Below the pieces are notes generated by a model. The model was not told the DNA's origin and did not search any database. It saw only the letters and a program-made list of their open reading frames with translations. From the NCBI RefSeq assembly GCF_000018105.1, contig NC_009926.1, forward strand, positions 60,001 through 92,000: a stretch of DNA of 32,000 nt. The letters run 5' to 3'. Position numbers and translations under genes: made by a program. The stretch is from Acaryochloris marina MBIC11017 (GTDB taxonomy: Bacteria > Cyanobacteriota > Cyanobacteriia > Thermosynechococcales > Thermosynechococcaceae). Shown here piece by piece: positions 1 through 7,950 of this stretch. Positions within the stretch are counted from its first letter, which is position 1; each line of letters begins with the position of its first letter.

Positions 1-2
1 TC

Positions 3-440
3 CACCTCACCTCTGAACACCTTGGCTTCCTCGCCTATCTCTACCCCAAAGAAGATCCAGAAGACGCACTGATCAAGCTCCTCGATAGTGCCCGAACCCG
101 AGCCATTCGCAGAGCAGAACAGCAAGTGAGAGTCCTTCATCTAGACCAGGAAGAACCCGAGGCCCCCGAGGAAGACCCCGAGGAACCCGTGAACTTGTCT
201 GGTGATGTGGTGGAGAATCCGATTGGGACATTGCAGGAGTTGTGTCAACGGCAGCAAATCTCTATGCCCAGCTATGAGTTTGAGACAATACCAGAAGGAT
301 TTCGCTGTTCAGTGCAGGCGATGGGCTTGCGGGGAGTTGGTGAGGGGGTGTCGAAGAAGAAAGCGAAGATGGGGGCTGCGAGGAAATTGTTGGGAAGGGG
401 TTGTTTTGGGATGGATAGAGAATCCCAGCAATCAGAATAA
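3..440 (+). CDS. 3' part of a gene whose 5' end lies outside the window; acidic Pro/Glu-rich linker followed by a dsRBD (DSRM-like) domain
   Basis: Frame 3 has no stop from nt 3 to TAA 438-440, so the GTG at 126 in the ORF track is probably internal. NPIGTLQELCQRQQISMPSYEFE..GFRCSVQA..GEGVSKKKAKMGAARKLL fits the dsRBD signature (N-terminal helix, GxG, KKxAK, AAxxLL). Confidence 0.6.
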   Translation, partial: HLTSEHLGFLAYLYPKEDPEDALIKLLDSARTRAIRRAEQQVRVLHLDQEEPEAPEEDPEEPVNLSGDVVENPIGTLQELCQRQQISMPSYEFETIPEGFRCSVQAMGLRGVGEGVSKKKAKMGAARKLLGRGCFGMDRESQQSE

Positions 441-1205
441 ATTAGGATTCATAAAGTCGTCGAGAGACCAATCTTTATGGGAATTATCTAGTACCCGAAC
501 ACTATTTTTATCCATTCCCTCATTGACCACCTTAGAACGAACTCTTTTAGGCTTTACTTGAATCCCAAATTGATTAAGCCAAGAAATATCTAGCTCCCAT
601 TCATACTTGCTTCTTTTGATCCAAACCTGAAACTGGTCATCGACATATTTTTGGGTTTTAGGCATCGTCCAGTGGTTGACTTTAGCGAGATGCTGATCAG
701 CAATCTCTCCTCTACCCTTTACATTAGCTAAACCCCTGTGTTTGACCTCATGACAGGATGGGCAAAGAGCGATTAACCCTTCCAACTTTTGGATATGCTG
801 GTCATCATCGTAGTGCCAAATTTCGTGACATTCAACAGGGTGCTTGGGTCCACGCCCACCACAAACCTCACAGCGATTATTAGCCTTCTCATATGTCATT
901 TTCCTTAGCTCATTCCAATCCTCTTTACTCACTTCAGAACGAACATTAGAGAACCAGCAGGATCGAGGGACTAATTCAATAGTCAATAATTGGCGTGGCT
1001 TAGCTTTCCCTTCTTTAGTGTTCTTCGCTTCAATCAGCCCTTGGCTTCTAAGGGATTCCATCACATCAACTAAGCCCAGTGGTTTGCATTGATAATATAA
1101 CCACCCTGGTTGATACCCCTTTGCTTTACGCTTAGCTTCCAACTCCAAAACCCGGTCGGTATCCAGAGTAGAAAATTTAGATAAATTAGGTTTTTCTGAT
1201 TGCAT
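432..1205 (-). CDS. HNH-type nuclease domain protein
   Basis: ATG at 1203-1205. CEVCGG..ECHEIWHYDD..LCPSCHEVKH is a CxxC/His/CxxCH zinc-finger HNH pattern. The 3' end overlaps the convergent ORF by 9 nt. Confidence 0.7.
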   Translation of the reverse strand: MQSEKPNLSKFSTLDTDRVLELEAKRKAKGYQPGWLYYQCKPLGLVDVMESLRSQGLIEAKNTKEGKAKPRQLLTIELVPRSCWFSNVRSEVSKEDWNELRKMTYEKANNRCEVCGGRGPKHPVECHEIWHYDDDQHIQKLEGLIALCPSCHEVKHRGLANVKGRGEIADQHLAKVNHWTMPKTQKYVDDQFQVWIKRSKYEWELDISWLNQFGIQVKPKRVRSKVVNEGMDKNSVRVLDNSHKDWSLDDFMNPNLF

Positions 1206-1469
1206 TTTCGATTATTTCAACTCTTCATGTTTAGCGTCAGCGATTGCATTAGTTTTGAGTAATCTAATGAAATTTTTAATTCAGAAAAGTATAAAAGCAA
1301 TATTCCGATTGAATAAGAAGAATTTGCTCTAGATCATAAATATATTTCAAGATTTAAGCTGTTTTAGGAATTTAAATAAAATTAAAATCGAGGTTATAGG
1401 AAAGGAAGTACTCTTTATTGGGGCTTTCAGCGAGTATTCTAGAAATCGTTCTCTTGGACAGGATTAATC

Positions 1470-2132
1470 GTGCCTTCGCCAACAGCCAATGATCATCAAG
1501 GACCGACCTCAGAGCCGATCAACCATTTGATTGACGAGCAGATGGATCAGATTACTGATCCCAATCTCCCGTTCATGGAGAAATTTGGTAGGGCGGCGCT
1601 TCAGGTTGCAATCGCTGTCCACGAAACAGAAGGCAGAGGCATGATATTGGGATTGCAGAGTCCCAGTTCCAAAAAGTTTGTCTACGTTCAGGAGGAGAAA
1701 ACTGCCATCGCATTGTGGATGACCGCCGTCTCCATTAAGCGCAAGGTCGCTCAACTGATTGAGCAATATGACCCTGATCGAGAAGCTGTGGTAGTCATGG
1801 TCGTTTCCCCGACCGTTCAGTTGTATCGAGCATCAGCAGGCAAGATGGACCTGGTTGAAATTCAAGAGGTGGAGCAAACCTCCATCAAACTACCCGCTGG
1901 TGTGAAGATTAAATCTGAACAACAGGGGCAGGTTTTTACCTACAACTTCACCCATCAGAAGTTAGGGAAACTGGGTCGAATTGTCGTCAAACCTCATCGT
2001 GGCAATCAAGCTCAAATTGACTACGAGCTAGCTGATACTGGATTTGATCCAAAAGCCAAACAGCGACAGGAAATTTTTGTCCCTCTTGCTCAGGAACTGA
2101 TGCAACGAATTGATCTTGGGTTGATGCGGTAG
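1470..2132 (+). CDS. hypothetical protein (no family recognised)
   Basis: 220-codon ORF with a GTG start taken from the track. It is divergent from the HNH gene across an AT-rich spacer and lies 68 nt upstream of the SepF-like gene on the same strand. The true start is uncertain. Confidence 0.45.
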   Translation: MPSPTANDHQGPTSEPINHLIDEQMDQITDPNLPFMEKFGRAALQVAIAVHETEGRGMILGLQSPSSKKFVYVQEEKTAIALWMTAVSIKRKVAQLIEQYDPDREAVVVMVVSPTVQLYRASAGKMDLVEIQEVEQTSIKLPAGVKIKSEQQGQVFTYNFTHQKLGKLGRIVVKPHRGNQAQIDYELADTGFDPKAKQRQEIFVPLAQELMQRIDLGLMR

Positions 2133-2200
2133 CTGCGGAACTATTGGCTCCTTCTAGTGTCATTGGGAGTAACCGATGAGGTACGATCCTAGGCTTGAGC

Positions 2201-2560
2201 ATGTATGAACAGACTGCCTGGAGTATTCACGAAACGCTGAGGATGTGCCTGGACTTGGTCGCAGAGGAGTACTGGTTTATGAACAATCTTCTTCCCTTTC
2301 AAGCAATATCGCCCCATAAAATCCGTGTGTTTCACCCCAAGTCATTTGAAGATGCTGAGAAAGCAATCAACGCGATGAAAACGGATGATATGCTCCTAGT
2401 GAATTTGGCGGCTTTAGAAACCAAGCTAGCTCAGAGGCTAACAGACTACTTGGCTGGTAGTACTTTTGCGCTGTCAGGAGAGCAAATGGAGATTGGTAGA
2501 GGCATTTTTCTATTTGCTCCACCATCATTCCTGATCTCAAGAATAATGGCTTCTGGTTGA
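2201..2560 (+). CDS. SepF-like (DUF552) core-domain protein, short form
   Basis: ATG at 2201 is preferred over TTG at 2195. RVFHPKSFEDAEKAINAMKTDDMLLVNLAALETKLAQRLTDYLAGSTFALSGEQMEIGRGIFLFAPP matches the SepF pattern (P.sfeDa..I, vNL, AqRl.DfLaG..yAl.G, iFlfaP). Confidence 0.65.
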   Translation: MYEQTAWSIHETLRMCLDLVAEEYWFMNNLLPFQAISPHKIRVFHPKSFEDAEKAINAMKTDDMLLVNLAALETKLAQRLTDYLAGSTFALSGEQMEIGRGIFLFAPPSFLISRIMASG

Positions 2561-2592
2561 ATCATGCACGCCTATACTCTACTGATCGCACA

Positions 2593-3378
2593 TCAGGTCT
2601 TCTTACGAGACTTTTGAGCCTTTGAGTTTGTTGCTTTAGATTCAGCTTGTAGGCTTGGATCGTAGATATAGCACATTGGTACGTTTGCTTTTTTCCAAAG
2701 ATTATTTTTAGCCCCCTGGTACATGGCGGCTTTAATCCTACCCCGCTCAGCTTTCTGATCATCTTTACTCAGTTCACCAAACAGTCTCACAATCAAATCA
2801 TCGTAATGCATGACTTTCCCAGGATTTTCCTGCATGATCTGTGTGATCGCATCAATTTTCTTCATCTGGTCATAGGGCTTGTTCATTGTCAGAACGCTGG
2901 ATGAAGGGCTGCTTGTTTTCTTCTGATTTTTCTTCTTTGCTGTTGCTTGAGATACAGCTTTCTTGGGAGTTGAGGATTTTCTCTTCCCGGATGAGGGCGA
3001 AGCTTTTGGAGCGGCTTTTTTTGGGGTAGCTTCAGCTTTGGGTTCTACGGTTCCCTTTGTCTTTGCAGTTGACGCTGGTTTCTTTGGAGTTGCAGACTTT
3101 TTCTTTGATGCAGCTTTTTGAGTAGTTTTCTTAGACTTGGCTTTAGGTTCTACTGTGTTGGTAACTGTTGAGTCTGGCGCTTCTGAATCTATTGAGTCTG
3201 CTTCACCTTGAAGGATTGAAAGGATATCAGAGCCTAACAATGGGTCTTCAATCAACGTATCCAGAGACGTGATTTTAGTCTTGAGTTGAGTTGTTTGAGC
3301 TTCTAGTTCAGCGAGTGTCTCCTGGTAGTGAGTCTTTAGCTCAAGGAGCACTGTGGAGTATTTGTTGTCAGCGGCCAT
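2593..3378 (-). CDS. coiled-coil / Lys-Ala-Pro-Thr-rich (histone H1-like) protein with a small C-terminal globular, possibly HARE-HTH-like, domain; paralog of 20912..21667
   Basis: ATG at 3376-3378. The N-terminal 60 residues are almost identical to the second copy. The central part is a KKxxxK/TPKK low-complexity tract. The C-terminus (DAITQIMQENPGKVMHYDDLIVRLFGE..) resembles winged-helix HARE-HTH modules. Confidence 0.7.
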   Translation of the reverse strand: MAADNKYSTVLLELKTHYQETLAELEAQTTQLKTKITSLDTLIEDPLLGSDILSILQGEADSIDSEAPDSTVTNTVEPKAKSKKTTQKAASKKKSATPKKPASTAKTKGTVEPKAEATPKKAAPKASPSSGKRKSSTPKKAVSQATAKKKNQKKTSSPSSSVLTMNKPYDQMKKIDAITQIMQENPGKVMHYDDLIVRLFGELSKDDQKAERGRIKAAMYQGAKNNLWKKANVPMCYIYDPSLQAESKATNSKAQKSRKKT

Positions 3379-3519
3379 AGTTTGTTATAGATCGGTGTAG
3401 TTTTAGCAAAGGTAAGAAAGCTAACCTATAGCATTCCCAGAATTATCTTCCTTTGTATCTAATCATTAATGGGCTAAATTCGGAATTTCTGGAAGGTTTA
3501 GACATTTTTCTCTTAGCAC

Positions 3520-3690
3520 TCAATCTTTGGGGTTGAGAAATATTGAAGCAGGCTCGAAATAATAGACTGGGGGATTCTTGAGTACCTAACTCATGCATTC
3601 TTTCCAAATGGGAGCCATCCAGCCTCCACCCGTCACTCCAGAACCACTCTGAGAGTTATTATCATTGCCTGTCCATCTTGGGTCTGTCGT
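3520..3690 (-). pseudogene. relic of the 3' end of a class A PBP gene (copy of the tail of 21808..23718)
   Basis: The minus-strand translation RWTGNDNNSQSGSGVTGGGWMAPIWKECMS*VLKNPPVYYFEPASIFLNPKD* aligns with AVWAGNDNYARIGSGATGGGWMAPVWREFMSEALKDTPVQYFEPPSKFPKPKG* of the intact PBP. It has an in-frame TAG and no upstream coding continuation. Confidence 0.7.
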
Positions 3691-3899
3691 AAATATTTAG
3701 ATTGAAGGATGGTCTGAAAAGCATAGCGGTTCATAGTGGCATGGATCATCAGGCGGAGTAGTGGATTTGTGACCCTTCTTAGCTAAACCTCAGCTTTTTC
3801 TCTAATGCCATTCTGCTTAAACTAGAATCATCCCCACCTAGCGATTGGTGGAATTCACCAATGATATCCATTTCTCCATCACAATAAGAGGAAGGCAGA

Positions 3900-4475
3900 A
3901 TGAGAGAACTGACGTATTTTGTAGCTTGCAGTGTGGATGGGTATATTGCACATATTGATGGTTCACACGACGGCTTTTCCCAAGATCCTGAATATTTTGC
4001 AGATGTCTTCGCCACATTTCCTGAAACCGTTCCATCTCACCTACGTGATGCATTGGGTGTTCATGGTGAGAACAAATGGTTTGATGTCGTTCTAATGGGG
4101 CGAAAGACCTATGAGATAGGGTTGAAGGAAGGTGTAACAAGCCCATACTCACACCTAAAGCAATACCTCTTTTCACGCAGTATAAATACAAGCCCGGATG
4201 AGAATGTTGAACTTGTGTCTAACAATACAATTGACTTGGTGACAAGTCTCAAGAGTCAATCAGGTAAGGGGATCTGGCTGTGTGGTGGTGGTGATTTAGC
4301 TACAACACTTTTTGCGCACCACTTGGTCGATCAACTCATTCTCAAGATCAACCCTTTTTTGATGGTTTCAGGTATACCACTTTTCTCAGGTGTGATTCAG
4401 CAGACGGCTTTAGAACTGACGGATCATAAAATCTATGAAAATGGTGTACTGCTTCTTTATTACCGAGTAAAGTGA
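3900..4475 (+). CDS. dihydrofolate reductase-family protein (RibD C-terminal domain type)
   Basis: AGGAAGG Shine-Dalgarno before the ATG. MRELTYFVACSVDGYIA..., VVLMGRKTYE and WLCGGGDLATTLF are typical of the RibD_C/DHFR-like family. Confidence 0.8.
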   Translation: MRELTYFVACSVDGYIAHIDGSHDGFSQDPEYFADVFATFPETVPSHLRDALGVHGENKWFDVVLMGRKTYEIGLKEGVTSPYSHLKQYLFSRSINTSPDENVELVSNNTIDLVTSLKSQSGKGIWLCGGGDLATTLFAHHLVDQLILKINPFLMVSGIPLFSGVIQQTALELTDHKIYENGVLLLYYRVK

Positions 4476-4838
4476 TTAATCATTTGATTTATTTGCATTA
4501 GCCCTAGACTGATGGAATCATCCAGTGCCTAGACCTCAGGAAAACTCTAACACTGACCTTTTGTTGTAGTTAGTCATAATAGGTTTAACAGCCAATATTT
4601 TTGGTTAGCTAGACAAAAATCCGAAACTATTTGTTATCAATGTGAATGCTCGGCTCGGCTAACTTATTGGAGAGTAGCCGAAGTCTACCCAGACTTGATG
4701 GTATCCCTTAATGTTGATTTGTGGCGTGATCTACCAATACTATGGTCTCACCTCATAGGAATCATCAGTCAAGCTTTACTCGTCGATTTAGTGTTCCAAC
4801 GCTCAAGAAAGAATCATTCTTGAAAATGGATATCTGTT

Positions 4839-6317
4839 ATGACAACTCACATCAATCCAGAAACAGAAGCTCTGGAACTGAACAGTCCAAAACCACGATC
4901 AGCCGCTGTAGAGCAGCCGTTTAATTGGCTGAAGCAGTGGTATCCAATCAGCCCGCTGAGTTATTTGGACAGCACTTGTCCCACTCCCATCACCATACTC
5001 GGCAAAAAGTTAGTTGTCTGGCACCATGAAAGACAGTGGACAGTGATGGATGATACTTGTCCCCATAAGTTGACACAGTTATCCCTCGGCAAGATTCAGG
5101 ATGACGGCACTTTGGTCTGCCGCCAGCATGGTTGGCAATTTGACTGTAGTGGGCAGTGTGTCAAGATTCCAATGCTGGCAGACTCAGGTTCCTCAGCAGC
5201 CGTTTACCGCAATGTGAGATCCCACGTATCCACTTATCCCACTCAAGTCGCCCAAGAACTGCTTTGGGTGTGGCTTGATTGCAGTTCAGCCGCTCAGGAA
5301 GAATGTCAGCAAAAGCAGCCTGCAACTCTACCAGACCCTAGTGAGCAATGGACTGAGGCCGAATGGCATCTCAGCGATGTCCCCGTCGGCTATACCGTCT
5401 CGTTGGAAAGCAGCCTTGACCCGTCTCATGCCCAATTTCTGCATGAGGGGATCTTCGGGTTTTCCCCAGCAACCGCGATGCCTATGCGCGACCTTGAACT
5501 AGAAGGTGAGATGAGTGCCGAGGATGGTTTTATGCTCAGGCATGGAGGCTACAATGCCTTTAATCAAGGTATGAGAGCTACACGCAGGTTTTGTCCACCC
5601 TGTGCCAATATGACTCAGTATCATTTGCCCACAGGTGGCATCCAGATCTTCCAATTGTATTTTGTCCCCACCACACCGGGCCATTGCCGATATATTGGGA
5701 AGTTTGCGATCGATACTCCTCCTCCTGCACCCCGATTCAACTTTTTTCAGTGGGCCAACCGCCAGTTATGGGGATTGCTACCTCAGGATGTGCAGGTGGG
5801 TCTCCAACATTTGGGAGCTTACAAACTCAGTGATCAGGACATCACTGCCATGCATGCCCAAGAGCAGAACGAGGCGGCAGACCCCGAACACCGCCGAACA
5901 TCCTTCTTCCCTACCCCTGCCGATCAGGGCATTCTAACTCTAAGAACTTGGTTCAAGCAATTTGCTGAGGGTGGACCTGCCACCAATACTCTCTATTCTG
6001 AGGGAGTGGAAACCACCAGCGATGAACAGCTCTACGATCGCTGGCATCGGCACACTAAACTCTGCCCCAGCTGCCGTCATTCGGTTGACAGGCTGGCGAA
6101 TGCTCAAAAACTGTGTCAGCGTCTGGCCATTGTATCTGCTGTTCTAGGGGCAGTGATGCTCTTGCTCCCCATCCTCCCCTTGCGAGTGAGTTTGGGATGC
6201 CTCGTGATCTCAATCTTTAGTCTTTTGGGCTACCAAGGACTATCCCAATTGCAACATCGCTTTATGAGCAGCATCCCACAGCAAGGAAGTCCAAAAATAA
6301 CACTCTATGCCGAATGA
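4839..6317 (+). CDS. Rieske [2Fe-2S] oxygenase of the PaO/Tic55 type
   Basis: Rieske motif CPHKLTQLS...CRQHGWQF (CxH..CxxH). Mononuclear-iron motif LDPSHAQFLHEG (DxxHxxxxH). C-terminal CPSC followed by a hydrophobic helix, as in PaO/Tic55/PTC52 relatives. Confidence 0.85.
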   Translation: MTTHINPETEALELNSPKPRSAAVEQPFNWLKQWYPISPLSYLDSTCPTPITILGKKLVVWHHERQWTVMDDTCPHKLTQLSLGKIQDDGTLVCRQHGWQFDCSGQCVKIPMLADSGSSAAVYRNVRSHVSTYPTQVAQELLWVWLDCSSAAQEECQQKQPATLPDPSEQWTEAEWHLSDVPVGYTVSLESSLDPSHAQFLHEGIFGFSPATAMPMRDLELEGEMSAEDGFMLRHGGYNAFNQGMRATRRFCPPCANMTQYHLPTGGIQIFQLYFVPTTPGHCRYIGKFAIDTPPPAPRFNFFQWANRQLWGLLPQDVQVGLQHLGAYKLSDQDITAMHAQEQNEAADPEHRRTSFFPTPADQGILTLRTWFKQFAEGGPATNTLYSEGVETTSDEQLYDRWHRHTKLCPSCRHSVDRLANAQKLCQRLAIVSAVLGAVMLLLPILPLRVSLGCLVISIFSLLGYQGLSQLQHRFMSSIPQQGSPKITLYAE

Positions 6318-6395
6318 GAAAACCATTGTTGATGTAGTTTTTTCAGAAGATATCGGGTGACCTGATCTTTATGTCTCCTTGTTGTTGAAACATAT

Positions 6396-6533
6396 CAGCG
6401 TCAGCAAATCTCTATGCCCAGGTATGGATTTGAGGTGATACCTAAAGGGGGTCACTGCATGGTGCTAGAAATGAGACTGTGGGGAGCAGGTAAGAGGCGG
6501 TCAAAGAAACAGGCGAAGGTGGGAGCTGCGTAG
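6396..6533 (+). pseudogene. decayed dsRBD-coding fragment, nucleotide-level copy of 246..394
   Basis: Translates to QRQQISMPRYGFEVIPKGGHCMVLEMRLWGAGKRRSKKQAKVGAA*, versus QRQQISMPSYEFETIPEGFRCSVQAMGLRGVGEGVSKKKAKMGAARKLL in the edge ORF. An in-frame TGA lies at 6363-6365, there is no usable start, and the N-terminal helix of the domain is missing. Confidence 0.65.
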
Positions 6534-6618
6534 GATTAGTTGGATAGATTTCGGTCAGATCGAGATAGAGTGATTATTAATCTTGAAAACACATTCTGAA
6601 AGACTTAAGAAGTGGAGA

Positions 6619-7269
6619 CTAATTGCGGTCAGTTCTGGCTTGTACTAAGATTTGGAGCACTTCTGCATCAGTAATCTGAGAAAAATCATCATACCAATAT
6701 CCTACTGACATAAGATATTGAGATTTTAGAGGACAAACGATTTGATCCACATCAGCTTCAAGTTCTTTGCTAGTCGATGTTGATGCGACAGGGACGGCAA
6801 CGATTAAAAAGTCTGGTTGCTTCCTTTGAACAAAAGCAATAGCTGCTCTCATTGTTGCTCCTGTGGCTAAACCATCATCCACCAAAATGACGGATTGATG
6901 GTTAATTCTTGGAAAAAATCGCTTGTGTTCATAAAGCTGTTCATATCGGAGTAAGGTTTGTCTTTCTTGAGTGGTAATCAGTTCAACCTGTTGATGGGAA
7001 ATCATAAATTCATCAATCATGGTCAGATTCAAAATGCGAACTCCGTTCGGAGCGATAGCACCCATTGCCAGTTCAGGGTGCTCAGGAACGCATAGCTTAC
7101 GAACAGGACAGACCTCTAAAGGAAGATGCAATGCTTGGGTAATTTCATAGGCCACCGGAACACCACCCCGAGGTAGTGCCAGAACCACTGATGATGAACA
7201 TTGAGCACAGTGTTGTAAATGTGTCGCGAGTTCTTTTCCAGCCTCAGATCGATTACGAAAGCGGAGCAT
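6619..7269 (-). CDS. phosphoribosyltransferase-family protein
   Basis: ATG at 7267-7269. PRPP-binding loop VILVDDGLATGATMRAA. N-terminal FRNRSEAGKELA..ALPRGGVPVA is typical of the putative-PRTase family. Confidence 0.75.
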   Translation of the reverse strand: MLRFRNRSEAGKELATHLQHCAQCSSSVVLALPRGGVPVAYEITQALHLPLEVCPVRKLCVPEHPELAMGAIAPNGVRILNLTMIDEFMISHQQVELITTQERQTLLRYEQLYEHKRFFPRINHQSVILVDDGLATGATMRAAIAFVQRKQPDFLIVAVPVASTSTSKELEADVDQIVCPLKSQYLMSVGYWYDDFSQITDAEVLQILVQARTDRN

Positions 7270-7483
7270 TATGATCTGGAATACCTTATTCTGCCCTTGC
7301 TGTTTGAGTGTATCACTGAGTTTTTGAGGATTAGAATCTCAGTCGTGGAGAAAATTCAGGGGGATTCCCTTTTGGTACCTGCATTAGCTAGAGGGTAAAA
7401 AGCTCTATCGGCATGAATGTTAGAGGGAGGGAATTACATTCGTGATCGTGGGTGTGGAGGAAGTGGAGAAATCTGAGCATATA

Positions 7484-7515
7484 ATCTCATAGCCCAAACC
7501 AATGAGCTATGAGAT
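7484..7515 (-). terminator. 10-bp perfect hairpin just downstream of the rbp gene
   Basis: ATCTCATAGC (7484-7493) pairs with GCTATGAGAT (7506-7515) around a 12-nt loop, 24 nt beyond the rbp stop. There is no U-tract. Confidence 0.35.
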
Positions 7516-7538
7516 AGATCCTGTAATACAAATTGTCT

Positions 7539-7826
7539 CTAGAAGAGATTCCCAGCAACGAAGTTATCACTACCCATTCTATTTACCCGAGGTTTTGCCT
7601 TATATACTGTGAGAGTCTTTCCCATCCACTCCCCCCCGTCCAGTTTTTTGATTGCTTTGGCTTCTTCAGCCTCATTATCCATTTCTATAAAAGCAAAGCA
7701 TTGCTTCTTGCCAGTCTCGCGGTCAATGGGGAGCTTGACCTGTTTAACGGCACCAAACTGTGAAAAAGCAGTTTTTAGATCCTGCTCTGTAATGGCATAA
7801 GAGAGGTTACCAACGAAAATCGACAT
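7539..7826 (-). CDS. rbp: RRM-type RNA-binding protein, short class without a Gly-rich tail, divergent RNP1
   Basis: RNP2 is IFVGNLSY. RNP1 is QCFAFIEM, against the consensus RGFAFVEM. The 95-residue protein is collinear with the second rbp at 30919..31206. Confidence 0.9.
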   Translation of the reverse strand: MSIFVGNLSYAITEQDLKTAFSQFGAVKQVKLPIDRETGKKQCFAFIEMDNEAEEAKAIKKLDGGEWMGKTLTVYKAKPRVNRMGSDNFVAGNLF

Positions 7827-7869
7827 GACTTATCATCCTAAATTATCAATGTGTGTAGAGATTTAGCTA

Positions 7870-7950
7870 TCGGTGTATGGGCTTGAAAATTAAACCGGAT
7901 AAAACCAGTCAATCTTGAAAGCAAACACTAAAACGAATGCTTGTACCTCA
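7870..7950 (-). promoter_or_regulatory. conserved rbp 5' leader element, shared with 31248..31327
   Basis: Blocks tcggtg, aattaaac, tgaaa.caaac, taaaac and cttg.a.ctca occur in the same order and at the same offset (44 vs 42 nt from the start codon) upstream of both rbp genes. Confidence 0.45.

Noticed and set aside
3779-4191. Minus-strand ORFs 3779..4015 and 3838..4191 overlap the DHFR-family gene.
   Set aside because: They are antisense to a gene with clear family motifs and a good Shine-Dalgarno site, and they have no recognisable features of their own.
4742-4924. A 60-aa ORF overlaps the start of the Rieske gene.
   Set aside because: It has an out-of-frame overlap with a strongly supported gene, low-complexity Ser/Arg content and no Shine-Dalgarno site.
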